Positions 9,447-19,204 are shown, counted from the first letter of the stretch. The stretch is DNA of 64,000 bases from an uncultured Nitrospinaceae bacterium (GCA_964005815.1 CAXFSR010000043.1:164697-228696); one strand, 5' to 3'. The notes: generated from the letters alone by a model not told the origin. Made by a program: numbers and translations.

Positions 9447-10541
9447 TTAAGGTAGGATTTCTTTAAGTTTTTCTAGGAAAATTCTTATCTCTTCTGAGTT
9501 TCCTACGGTCACCCTTATCCATTCTTTATTTTTAAAGAAAGATCCGGGTCTAACTATAATTCCACGTGACATTAGTTCATTTGAGATTTTATCTCCGTCG
9601 CCTACTTCTACAAAAATAAAGTTTGCTTGGCTTTCTATAAATTTCAATCCTAAACGATTAAAACCTGCGTACAATAATTCCCTTCCATCTAAAACTAATT
9701 TTATAACTCTATTCTTAAAATCAGAGTCATTTAGAGCAGCTAAAGAAGCAGATTGTGCCACTGAATTTACATTAAAAGGTTCCCTAACTCTATCCATAAA
9801 ATTGATAAGTTCACTATTTCCTATACCATATCCTACTCTCAATCCAGCCAAACCAAATATTTTCGAAAATGACCTGAGAATAAAAAGAGATTTTTCTTTA
9901 AGCATTGAGACTGTATCGACACTTTTATCTCTTTCAACAAAATCTACATAAGCTTCATCAATTAGAACTAAAATATTTTCAGGCAAAGACTCCAAGAATC
10001 TAAGTAACTGATTCTTTGAGAGAATTTTCCCTGTTGGATTATTAGGACTACACAAAAAAATTAATTTTGTTTTTTTTGTTAAGCTCTCCAAAATTCCATC
10101 CAAGTTTATTTCAAAATTTTCCAATGGGATCAAAACAGGAATAGCTCCCATCAAACGACTGACATGCTCATAAGGAGCAAAACTAGGAGTTGGCAGAATA
10201 ACTTCATCTCCATCGTTAAGGATTGTCCTTGAAAGAACGGATAAAACGTCATCTCCACCATTTCCAATAAAAATTGAACTACTATCTACTTTGTTGTAAA
10301 TCCCTAACGAATTTCGTAAAGATTTAGAACCACTATCTGGATAACGGTGAATATCAGAAAAAGAAATACTAAGATCAGAAATAGCTAGTGGAGATGGGCC
10401 GAGAACATTTTCATTACTTGCAAGCTTGATAACTCTATCTAATCTATACTCCTTTTGAACATCCTCTATAGAACGACCTGGGACGTAAGGCTCTAATGAA
10501 ACGACACCTTTTCTCAACATTTTATCAGGATCAAATGACAT
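9447..10541 (-). CDS. hisC: Histidinol-phosphate aminotransferase
   Basis: YVPG, KLASNEN, PNNPTG, DEAY, RSFSKIFGLAGLRVGY. Confidence 0.93.
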   Translation of the reverse strand: MSFDPDKMLRKGVVSLEPYVPGRSIEDVQKEYRLDRVIKLASNENVLGPSPLAISDLSISFSDIHRYPDSGSKSLRNSLGIYNKVDSSSIFIGNGGDDVLSVLSRTILNDGDEVILPTPSFAPYEHVSRLMGAIPVLIPLENFEINLDGILESLTKKTKLIFLCSPNNPTGKILSKNQLLRFLESLPENILVLIDEAYVDFVERDKSVDTVSMLKEKSLFILRSFSKIFGLAGLRVGYGIGNSELINFMDRVREPFNVNSVAQSASLAALNDSDFKNRVIKLVLDGRELLYAGFNRLGLKFIESQANFIFVEVGDGDKISNELMSRGIIVRPGSFFKNKEWIRVTVGNSEEIRIFLEKLKEILP

Positions 10542-10577
10542 ACAAATACCTTTCGATTCTATGTAAGCAAGATTTCA

Positions 10578-10595
10578 GATCATAACATTATGATC
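10578..10595. promoter_or_regulatory. Perfect 8-2-8 palindrome, candidate operator between divergent hisC and moaD-like genes
   Basis: GATCATAA-CA-TTATGATC. Confidence 0.4.
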
Positions 10596-10740
10596 AAGGC
10601 AAAAGAAAAACAAGCAAAATCTCTAGTGAATACTTTTCAAATCTCATGTTGAGCAAATTCGATTGTTTATGTAAATTCTAAAATTCAAGCACCAATAATA
10701 AATGACATGATTAAATTAAATAAGCAAGGATTTTAGAGAA

Positions 10741-10983
10741 ATGGAAATAATCATAGGGCTTTTTGCTAATTTTGAAAATAAAATGCCGAAAGACCAAGAT
10801 ACAGAGGGTAGAGCAAAGATAGAAATTCCTAAAGGTTCAGATGTTTCGTTTGTCCTAAAAATCTTTGATATTCCTGAAGAAGAAGCGTACATCGTGTTAG
10901 TGAATGGAAGACATGCAAAGAAAAATGTGATTTTATCAGAAGGTGACGAAATGTTCGTTTTTCCGGCAATCGTCGGAGGTTAA
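10741..10983 (+). CDS. MoaD/ThiS family ubiquitin-like sulfur carrier
   Basis: 80 aa; VLVNGR, EGDEMFVFPAIVGG ending in Gly-Gly. Confidence 0.88.
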   Translation: MEIIIGLFANFENKMPKDQDTEGRAKIEIPKGSDVSFVLKIFDIPEEEAYIVLVNGRHAKKNVILSEGDEMFVFPAIVGG

Positions 10984-10993
10984 CAACAGGACA

Positions 10994-11440
10994 TTAATTG
11001 CTTTTGAGTTTAATCATAAACGTTATTTCCCCTTCCTGTAATACAATATCTGAGAAATTTAATAGAGTTACTGAAAAAGTGACTAAACCCTTTCCTTTTT
11101 TACTCTTTCTGGATTCTAAAACTGTCAATTTTCCATAAACAGTATCATCAAAGAAAATTGGGCCTTTAAAACTCCAATTAACTCCAAGGAATGCTTCTAT
11201 TGATGTTTCCACTATACCCATTTGAGTTACAAGGCCTATTAAAACTGATAAACCTAACAGTCCGTGAGAAATTCTTTCTCCAAATGGGCCTTTAGATGCT
11301 AAGACTTCATCCGTATGTAAATAAGTACTATCTCCAGTCAATTCAGCAAAAGATAGAACATCAGATTCAGAGATTTTTCTCAAATCTGTCTTCCAACTTT
11401 GTCCCACTTCGAAATCTTCAAAAAAAAGTATTGGAGGCAT
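10994..11440 (-). CDS. MaoC-like (hot-dog fold) dehydratase
   Basis: FEDFEVGQ, FAELTGDSTYLHTD, FGERISHG. Confidence 0.88.
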   Translation of the reverse strand: MPPILFFEDFEVGQSWKTDLRKISESDVLSFAELTGDSTYLHTDEVLASKGPFGERISHGLLGLSVLIGLVTQMGIVETSIEAFLGVNWSFKGPIFFDDTVYGKLTVLESRKSKKGKGLVTFSVTLLNFSDIVLQEGEITFMIKLKSN

Positions 11441-11464
11441 AAAAAATTAGTCCTTTTTAAGTGA

Positions 11465-12517
11465 TCAATTAACTAAGAATCTATAAACTACAATCCCCCA
11501 TTGCTCTTTAGATTTATAGCTTAAAGATAGACTGTTAAACTTCCATCTTTTCAAATGGTTAATAGCATAAACTTCCAAATATGCATTAGCTTTTCTTTCT
11601 ACTAAAACTCTACCAACACTTCCATCAGATAGAACCCAAAACTTTAAAACTACAGTTACTGGCATCTGCAAAGAACTAATTTTAGGAAGTGGAGGTGAAA
11701 AGAGTAAACGGCGAGTTCTCCTGTCCATTTCTTTACGTAAGGGACTATCTACAATAAGAATACTTTTGCTTCTTAACTCTTTTCGACTTTTCTCAAGATA
11801 TTTATCAATATCAATCTCTTTAGTTGAAACATTAACATCTCCAACAAATATACTTGTTTCCTCTGGGGAACGTTCTTTTTTCTTTAAAATATAATTTTTA
11901 AAATCAATATTATGAATTTCTTTACTTAAAATCGATTTTGCTTCCTCTGACATAAAAAGATCTGCAAATTTCACTTTAGGTGATGCAACTATCTTCGATT
12001 TACTTTTTAGGTCAGTGAATTGCTTTCTTTTTTCTTTTCTTGTTTTTTTAGAGATAAATTTTCTATTGGGCAATGAAATCTTAGGAAAAGATTTTTGTGG
12101 GACAATTTCAGCAGGATATTTAGGAATCCTAACTTGAGGAACATATTGAGGAGAAACTGGCTTTAAAGGCAATTTAGGGAGTCTGACAAATGGGATTTCT
12201 TCAACTCTAGCTAAAATCGGTTTCACAGGCAACTTCGGTGGTTTGACTTTAGGTATAGTATTTGGATCAGACAAAACCGGCCTCGATGGCATTTTTGGTT
12301 TTTTAATTACAGGGATAAAACTTGGAACTGGCACCTCTGGAACCGGTTTATGAATTAATGCCTTAGGTAACTTCAAATGTCTATTCACAAAAGAGACTTC
12401 ATGTTTCTTATATTCAGGCATACTCATTTTCGGCAACACGACATCAGGTGCAAAGATCACTAAAAGTGCATGTAAAAATACAGATCCAAAAATTCCACAG
12501 AGAAATCGCAAAGTCAC
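11465..12517 (-). CDS. TonB-family energy transducer
   Basis: N-terminal TM with SVFLHALL motif, Pro/Lys-rich linker, TonB_C-like end (VVLKFWVLSDGSV...RWKF...VVYRF); follows exbBD. Confidence 0.78.
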   Translation of the reverse strand: MTLRFLCGIFGSVFLHALLVIFAPDVVLPKMSMPEYKKHEVSFVNRHLKLPKALIHKPVPEVPVPSFIPVIKKPKMPSRPVLSDPNTIPKVKPPKLPVKPILARVEEIPFVRLPKLPLKPVSPQYVPQVRIPKYPAEIVPQKSFPKISLPNRKFISKKTRKEKRKQFTDLKSKSKIVASPKVKFADLFMSEEAKSILSKEIHNIDFKNYILKKKERSPEETSIFVGDVNVSTKEIDIDKYLEKSRKELRSKSILIVDSPLRKEMDRRTRRLLFSPPLPKISSLQMPVTVVLKFWVLSDGSVGRVLVERKANAYLEVYAINHLKRWKFNSLSLSYKSKEQWGIVVYRFLVN

Positions 12518-12542
12518 AATATGACCCCTTTCAAAAGAACAG

Positions 12543-12953
12543 TTATTTCTCTAGCTTAATCGGCTCTGTAGCTATTGCAAGATTAGGGAAACCGGCCTGT
12601 TTGACAATATCCATCACCTTAACAACAAAGCCGTGGGCAACATCCCTATCTGCACGTATCACAACTGTTCCATTTGGTTGCAATTTAGATTCTTCCTGGA
12701 ATCGATTAAAAATATCAGAATATTTTGTCAGTTTATTATTAATAAAAACCCTTTTATCTCTTGCAATAATAACTATAACTTCCTTTCTGACAGGAAGTTG
12801 ACTAGTCAATGTTTTAGGTAATTTTATTTTAATTGCAGGCTGCAAGACAAACGTAGAACTTAGAACGAAGAAAATAAGTAAAAGAAAAATTATATCTATC
12901 ATTGAAGTCAGTCCAGGTTGAGCTTTTACACGTCGATAATCACGAAATTTCAA
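12543..12953 (-). CDS. exbD: ExbD/TolR biopolymer transport protein
   Basis: LTSMIDIIFLLLIFFV TM with conserved Asp; IRADRDV..GFVVKVMD. Confidence 0.9.
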   Translation of the reverse strand: MKFRDYRRVKAQPGLTSMIDIIFLLLIFFVLSSTFVLQPAIKIKLPKTLTSQLPVRKEVIVIIARDKRVFINNKLTKYSDIFNRFQEESKLQPNGTVVIRADRDVAHGFVVKVMDIVKQAGFPNLAIATEPIKLEK

Positions 12954-12955
12954 AA

Positions 12956-13567
12956 CTATTCTCCTACAAGAACTTCAATAAGTTGAGTAATCTGATTCTC
13001 AATTTTCAATAAAAACTTATCTATCTTGCTACTAAAATAATTAAAAAAAACTAATGCGGGAATTCCCACAACCAAACCTGTAGCTGTTGTTACGAGTGCT
13101 TCGCTAATTCCTCCTGCAAGTTGACTTGGATGTGCTATTCCCTTTTCGCTAATAACAGTAAACACTTTAATCATCCCAAAAACAGTCCCTGTAAGGCCCA
13201 ACAAAGGTGCCACAGCAGCAATTGTGCCAAGTGATTGTAAATTTTTTTCGAGAATCGGAACCTCTTGACGTCCTGCGTTTTCACCTATCTCTTTGAGGAT
13301 TGTTCTATCTTTAAAATTACTTCTTAATACCTCGCATACTATTCTTCCTATTGATGATGGATTTTTCTCACATAAAGTTATAGCTTCAGGAACTTTCTTT
13401 TGAGCGACTAACTCTTTAACGCTTCTAACCACATCGAGTTTCACAATCTCCTTGTCTCTCAGAACAAAAATTCTCTCAATAATAATCGCAAGAGAAAGAA
13501 CTGAACAAACGAAAAGAGGAATCATTAAAATGCCTCCGCTCCATAGCAAGTCCAAAAAAGTTCCCAT
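12956..13567 (-). CDS. exbB: MotA/TolQ/ExbB proton channel protein
   Basis: LGTIAAVAPLLGLTGTVFGMIKVF, GISEALVTTATGLVVGIP. Confidence 0.92.
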   Translation of the reverse strand: MGTFLDLLWSGGILMIPLFVCSVLSLAIIIERIFVLRDKEIVKLDVVRSVKELVAQKKVPEAITLCEKNPSSIGRIVCEVLRSNFKDRTILKEIGENAGRQEVPILEKNLQSLGTIAAVAPLLGLTGTVFGMIKVFTVISEKGIAHPSQLAGGISEALVTTATGLVVGIPALVFFNYFSSKIDKFLLKIENQITQLIEVLVGE

Positions 13568-13619
13568 TTCGATTTCCTCTCAATAATTAGAGTTAAACTG
13601 CTTCTCTTTTCAAAGAATT

Positions 13620-16600
13620 TTATTTATTCTTGACAAAATTTCTTAACTTTTTAGTGGCTATCTTATTACATTTTTTAAGATTAGCCGAACGTTCAATTTT
13701 TTCAAGAATTTTTTGAGCCGTTGAAAACTCTTTTCTCAATTCATAAATTCCAGCTGACCTTAATAATGATTTACAAACTATGTCTTCATCATCAGAAAAC
13801 TTATAAGCTAGATGCAAATATCCAAGCCCTGCTTTTCTATCCTCTTTCTCCTCAAGAATACGGATAAGCAGAAATCTAGCTCTAGCAGAAATACTTGAAT
13901 TTTTCATTTTTGAAGCTGGCAACAATACTTTCTTTGCTTCCTCAAAACGTTTTTCCTCTATAAAAATACTACCAAGCTCAAGCATAGAATTTACTCTTAT
14001 TTCAACATTATTTTTTGTAATATGTTTGGTTATTTTTGAAAACTGCTCAATAGATTTTTGTTTCTCTCCCAACTTTTTATAACAGATTCCTAAATAATAC
14101 CTTGACAAGGATACATACTCGTGATTATCAAATTCAGATAACAATGAATCAAACCATTTCTTAGATTCAGAATATCTGCCAATTTCATATAACGTTTTAC
14201 CTAATGCAAAAAGGACGTCCGGTCGCATTGTATGCTTAGGATATTTTCTCAGAATTCTTTCATAAGAACTTAAAGAAGCATCAATTTTTCCATTCATACG
14301 ATGGATCATGGAAATTCTAAACAATGCCTGTGCTGCAAATGGGGAATTTGGATATTCTGCAAAAATTTGCAAATATTCCTCAAATGCCTTGTCTAATTTT
14401 TTTTCTGAGAAATATGTTTCTGCAATTTGAAAAGAAAGAGCAATACTTAAAAGTTCTTTCGGAGACCTCTTTATAACTCGCCTCGCCTGTAACAAGAACT
14501 CAGAAAAATTCTTTCTCCTTGCGCTCGTCATCGCATAACTATATGCAGCTTCCCTTGCCTCTGGATATAATTGAAATTTACTTGCAATAAATGAATAAAC
14601 AATTTCTGCTTTCTTAAAATCACTAAGATTATAATGCGTATCACCTACCCTTAAGTATGCCTTAGTCAAAAACTTAGATTGAGGATTTTTCCGAATAAAA
14701 TCTTTTAACCTTTCAAGTGAAACCGAATAATTAAGCTTATGGAATGGTATTAATGCATAATGAAACATTATTTCGTCAAGAAATGTGGATTTGGAATATT
14801 TCGTTAGAAAAGTTGAAAGTGCAGATTCTGCAGCATTCAACTTGCTCCTTTGTATTAACAATTTTATCTTTTGATAAAGAGCGCGCTCAGAAACTAAAGT
14901 ACCATCAAATCTTTTTTCCACACGATCAAATGTATGAATTGCCTTCTGAAAATCCCCTAGGTTAAATCTTGATTCAGCTGCCCGAAAAAGTGACTCAGAT
15001 GCATATTTTCCGTAAGGAGATGAATAAAAGATTTTTTCGAATAAAATCGCAGATTTTTTCCAATCTTTACGTGAAAAATAAATCCAAGACAATCCCATTT
15101 GAGCTTGCAAATAAGAAGTGGAGGAAGGAGGAATAGACAAAAATAACACTTCAGCACTTTTATACTTTCTTCTTTCCAAGAAAATTTCTCCAAGCCAAAC
15201 AGTAGCCATATAATAGATATACTCATACTTTTTATTTTTTTCTTGTCTAACTAAATCCCTAAGAGTTTCTTCTGCTAATTTATAATCCTTCATATGAATT
15301 GCCGCTAAAGAGAAATACAAACTTGAAATATTTTTTAGTTTTATTTCACTTTGGAAGCTTCTGTATTGAAAAAGATCATTGGTCCTTTTAAGTATTCCAA
15401 ATGATCTGGAATACTCTCCCATTTCATAAAAACATAAACCTTCAAGTATAAGAGCTATAGGGTAAATCTTCCTCAATGGACTTTGATCGGTTACTTGCGT
15501 AACGTAATAAACGGCTTTAGAAAATTCTTTTTTTTCAAACAAAGACCAAGCTAATTCAAGTAAAATATTTTCTGTTTCTAAAGATTCAGACAGAAACTTC
15601 CTTGAACTTTCAACAATCTTTACAATTTCACTCACATGCAAAATGCCTTGTCTAAATAGACGCAACTTTGCAGAAATAGAACCGACTTGAACAGAGTTAC
15701 TTAATTTATGTATAGGATATTTCTTTTCAAACAAGGCAAAGGATAGCAACGCATCATTATATTTCCCTAACTTTAATTCACTCCAGCCTTTCGCGTATAA
15801 AGTTATGCTCTCATAAACATAGTTTTGAACTTTTTGTTTGGCTAAAAACTTTATTGCTTGACGGAACAAACTAAGTGATTCCTTAAAATCTCCAGTCCGG
15901 ACAGACACAATACCTGCATTTACAAGCGACTCTAACTGATAATCACCTTTATAATCAGATAGAGAAATCCAACTTTTTTTTGCTGAAGAAAATTGTTTTT
16001 GCTTATATAAAGCCCATGATTTCAGATAAGCAGCATGTCTATAATAAATACTCCTTTTCCAATGTTTTCCTTCGGTAATCTTCAAACATAAAGAGTAATT
16101 CTTGTTTTGACAGGCCATCAAAGCTAAATAAAAACTAGCAGAAGAGACATATGGTAGTGAAACATTACCTTTCATTTTCAAGAGTTTATCTCTCCATTGA
16201 CTTGCTTTCTTATATTGATTCATTTGCATTAGAGCTTCCACACCCCAGAACAAAGAAGCAGAAAGATAAAGAACATTCTCACTTTCCTTTGCTTTATCTT
16301 TAGCTTTTTCGAAATAATAAAAAGCTTCTACGGGAGATTTTTTATGCAAATACGCTCTTCCTGTTTCAAAAAGTTCTACAATATTACCAAACAAATCTAA
16401 GTACCAAGCATAGCCGGCATATGCTAATTCAAGATCTACACTAGACTCAGTTGGGAAGAAACGGTTGGGAAGTCGAATTTCAGGCATTTCAGGATTAACT
16501 AAAAGATCTTGGAATGAAAATTTAATATATTTAGGCGGAACCAGCTTTTTCTTAGTTCCGATTATTTTCAAGCTACTTTTCCAGTTTATAGTTACTGGAG

Positions 16601-16748
16601 GTATTTTAAGTTTCAGTTCTAATTCTTTTTGTGATTTTTTTTGAGTTGCGCTTAATAATTCCATAGGGAAAAGTAAAAACAGACAAAGATACACAACTAA
16701 CAGAAATACAAGACATTGAATTCTCAAAACATATCTTTTCAAATCCAT
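13620..16748 (-). CDS. Large exported TPR-repeat protein (1042 aa)
   Basis: Hydrophobic N-terminus; many TPR-like pairs ending in (Y/F)PxS/H, e.g. FAEYPNSPFAAQALFRI, LRKYPKH. Confidence 0.8.
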   Translation of the reverse strand: MDLKRYVLRIQCLVFLLVVYLCLFLLFPMELLSATQKKSQKELELKLKIPPVTINWKSSLKIIGTKKKLVPPKYIKFSFQDLLVNPEMPEIRLPNRFFPTESSVDLELAYAGYAWYLDLFGNIVELFETGRAYLHKKSPVEAFYYFEKAKDKAKESENVLYLSASLFWGVEALMQMNQYKKASQWRDKLLKMKGNVSLPYVSSASFYLALMACQNKNYSLCLKITEGKHWKRSIYYRHAAYLKSWALYKQKQFSSAKKSWISLSDYKGDYQLESLVNAGIVSVRTGDFKESLSLFRQAIKFLAKQKVQNYVYESITLYAKGWSELKLGKYNDALLSFALFEKKYPIHKLSNSVQVGSISAKLRLFRQGILHVSEIVKIVESSRKFLSESLETENILLELAWSLFEKKEFSKAVYYVTQVTDQSPLRKIYPIALILEGLCFYEMGEYSRSFGILKRTNDLFQYRSFQSEIKLKNISSLYFSLAAIHMKDYKLAEETLRDLVRQEKNKKYEYIYYMATVWLGEIFLERRKYKSAEVLFLSIPPSSTSYLQAQMGLSWIYFSRKDWKKSAILFEKIFYSSPYGKYASESLFRAAESRFNLGDFQKAIHTFDRVEKRFDGTLVSERALYQKIKLLIQRSKLNAAESALSTFLTKYSKSTFLDEIMFHYALIPFHKLNYSVSLERLKDFIRKNPQSKFLTKAYLRVGDTHYNLSDFKKAEIVYSFIASKFQLYPEAREAAYSYAMTSARRKNFSEFLLQARRVIKRSPKELLSIALSFQIAETYFSEKKLDKAFEEYLQIFAEYPNSPFAAQALFRISMIHRMNGKIDASLSSYERILRKYPKHTMRPDVLFALGKTLYEIGRYSESKKWFDSLLSEFDNHEYVSLSRYYLGICYKKLGEKQKSIEQFSKITKHITKNNVEIRVNSMLELGSIFIEEKRFEEAKKVLLPASKMKNSSISARARFLLIRILEEKEDRKAGLGYLHLAYKFSDDEDIVCKSLLRSAGIYELRKEFSTAQKILEKIERSANLKKCNKIATKKLRNFVKNK

Positions 16749-16756
16749 AAAATTAA

Positions 16757-18298
16757 TTACCTAAACAAGGGCTCTCTAGAGCGAATAAATTTTTCGCGTT
16801 CCATCAATCTTTCCTTATATTTTTTCTTTAGGAAAAGAACTTTTTCTTTTCTTTGCTTTACCTTACGAAGATACTCTTTCTCTAACTGACGTACCTTCTT
16901 TTTATAAAATTCGAGTTTCTTTATATTCTCCAGTTTCAACACGCGCACATTCTTTTCTCTATTTTTTACTTTACGAAGATACGCTCTTTCTAGATCGCGC
17001 ACCTTCTTCTTGTAAGTTTCAAGTTTCTCAACATTCTCGAGCCTTAATGCACGTATCTTCTTTTTTCTCTTTTCAACCTTACGAAGATATTGTTCTTCTG
17101 ACCTTCGAATTTTATTTTTGTAATCAACAAGAGCTTCAAGGAAGGCTTTTTTCCTCCTTACGTTTTCCTCATCACGTTTTCTTGTTTGTTCTTGATATTT
17201 CTTCTCAATTTCTTTAATTCTTTTTTTACGGTTTCTAACTTTTCTTGCATAAATAATTTTCTCTTTTTCAACAACTAAGTTTCTCTCTCGAATTTTTGTC
17301 AAAAACAATTTTATTTCTCTAATACGTATTTCAGACAATCCATAAAATTGTGAAAATTCACGATCTTTAACAACTCCCTTTTCCTCTATACTTTTTCTAA
17401 GTAATTTCAGATATCTTATAGATTCCTTCCAATCCATTAGTTCTTCAGAAATTTCAGATAAACGCCATAAGGAAAAAATAAATCCTTTAAAATTACTGTT
17501 TTTTTTCTGTTTTACAATTTGGAGATAGATCGCAAAAGCTTTTTTCTTTTCATTCAGCTCATCTAAGGATATAGCAAGACGAAATTTAGATTGTTCTTGA
17601 ATATATAAACTTGTCTTAGATAACAATATTTCAGAAAAGTAAAATTTCGACAATTTAAAATTGTCAGATCTAAGCGCACAATCACCACGCAAAAAAAGAT
17701 ATCGAATATAATCTTTCCCAGAAAGAGAATCCTTCCAGCCAGAAATTAATTCAAGTTTCTTAATATTCTGGATAGAACTTTGACAATCATTCTTCCCGTA
17801 CCTTGCAAAAGACGCACGAAGCATTTTCTTTTCTATAAGAGACGACAAGTATGAAAATTTCTTAGATTTATTGCTTTTGAAATGAACAAATGCATTTTCA
17901 TAATTTATGCTTGATTTTAATTCATTCCCTTGCAGTTCATGAATTTCTCCAAGTCTTATATAGGACTTAAGATAAAATACTTTTGCACTGTGATTCTTGT
18001 CAGCTAAAATAAGTTGAAAATTCTTTATAGCCAAATCAAATTGTTTTGTCTTTCTAAAAGACTCTGCAAGCAAGAATCTTGCAATAATATTTTTCGTATT
18101 TTTTTGATCCTTAATTAAAAAATCGGAAAAAACTTCGATAGCCGGAATATAAAAACCATCTTTGAACAACTTTAATCCCAAAACAAAAGACTTCTCTTTT
18201 TCTTTTTCCTTTAACTCCACCGAGAACAAAATATTCTGAGACAAGAAAATAAAAGCCAAAACTGCGCTGAAGAAGATGATTTTTTTCAAAGAAAACAT
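16757..18298 (-). CDS. Exported TPR protein with C-terminal 18/36-residue helical repeat rod
   Basis: Signal-like N-terminus, TPR-like helices (GLKLFKDGFYIPAIEVF..ARFLLAES), repeated YLRKV units. Confidence 0.75.
   Translation of the reverse strand: MFSLKKIIFFSAVLAFIFLSQNILFSVELKEKEKEKSFVLGLKLFKDGFYIPAIEVFSDFLIKDQKNTKNIIARFLLAESFRKTKQFDLAIKNFQLILADKNHSAKVFYLKSYIRLGEIHELQGNELKSSINYENAFVHFKSNKSKKFSYLSSLIEKKMLRASFARYGKNDCQSSIQNIKKLELISGWKDSLSGKDYIRYLFLRGDCALRSDNFKLSKFYFSEILLSKTSLYIQEQSKFRLAISLDELNEKKKAFAIYLQIVKQKKNSNFKGFIFSLWRLSEISEELMDWKESIRYLKLLRKSIEEKGVVKDREFSQFYGLSEIRIREIKLFLTKIRERNLVVEKEKIIYARKVRNRKKRIKEIEKKYQEQTRKRDEENVRRKKAFLEALVDYKNKIRRSEEQYLRKVEKRKKKIRALRLENVEKLETYKKKVRDLERAYLRKVKNREKNVRVLKLENIKKLEFYKKKVRQLEKEYLRKVKQRKEKVLFLKKKYKERLMEREKFIRSREPLFR
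16766..17251 (-). repeat. Intragenic tandem repeat: nine 18-codon units with an exact 108-nt period in the best-conserved part
   Basis: TTACGAAGAT at 16863, 16971 and 17079; protein units start YARKV/YQEQT/FLEAL/YLRKV/NVEKL/YLRKV/NIKKL/YLRKV/YKERL. Confidence 0.85.
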
Positions 18299-18299
18299 T

Positions 18300-19142
18300 T
18301 TAAAGTTCCAAAGACAAATTATCTATTAGTCTTACCGATCCTATTTTCACAGCTATCATAATGCGAGCTGTGCTTTCTATTTTTTGCAAACTTTCTAAAT
18401 CTACAGAGCCAACAATATCTATATATTCTATGTATAAATCAGGAACAGAAAGTATCTCTTTTGCCTTTTCGATTAATTCAATACAGTTTCTTTCACCTTC
18501 ATAAAATAATTTCTCAACTTCCTTCATTGCTTTAATAATTAAAATAGCAAGCGTTCTATCTTTTTGGCTTAGATTTACATTCCTACTACTTAATGCAAGG
18601 CCGTCCTTCTCACGAATTATCGGACATAAAATAATCTCAGTATCTAGCATCAAGTCAAAGCACATTCTTTGGACTATTAAAAACTGCTGGTAATCTTTCT
18701 CTCCAAAATAAGCAAAATCGGGACTGCAAATCGTTAACAATTTCATCACAACTGTCGATACACCCCTGAAATGTCCAGGTCTTTTTAATCCACAAAGCTT
18801 TTCTGCAATCCCCTCTATATCAATCCAAGTAGAATATCCGGGGGGGTAAATCTGATCGGCACTAGGAACAAAAAGTAAATCAACGTCTAAAGAATTACAT
18901 AATCGAGAATCATTCTCTATTGTTCTAGGATAACTTTTGAGATCTGTTGCAGAATTAAATTGTGCTGGATTTAAGAATATACTAACTAAAGTGATTTCAT
19001 TATCTTCTGTAGATTTTTTTATTAAACTTATGTGACCATCATGAAGGGCGCCCATAGTAGGAACCAGACCTACATTAAAAGGCTTTTTTTTAAAGTCTGC
19101 GCACAATAAACGCATTTCTTCAACAGATGAGATAAGTTCCAT
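18300..19142 (-). CDS. panC: Pantoate--beta-alanine ligase
   Basis: VPTMGALHDGH, RPGHFRGV, FGEKDYQQ, GLALSSRN, RLIDN. Confidence 0.97.
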   Translation of the reverse strand: MELISSVEEMRLLCADFKKKPFNVGLVPTMGALHDGHISLIKKSTEDNEITLVSIFLNPAQFNSATDLKSYPRTIENDSRLCNSLDVDLLFVPSADQIYPPGYSTWIDIEGIAEKLCGLKRPGHFRGVSTVVMKLLTICSPDFAYFGEKDYQQFLIVQRMCFDLMLDTEIILCPIIREKDGLALSSRNVNLSQKDRTLAILIIKAMKEVEKLFYEGERNCIELIEKAKEILSVPDLYIEYIDIVGSVDLESLQKIESTARIMIAVKIGSVRLIDNLSLEL

Positions 19143-19204
19143 TATAACTTGCCCAAATGAAAAAAGATTAAAAATTTAAACAAAGAACATAAATTATTTC
19201 ATAG

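Noticed and set aside
16766..17251. 108-nt periodic repeat as a CRISPR array or mobile repeat
   Set aside because: Degenerate, in-frame and protein-coding; no spacer structure and no cas genes
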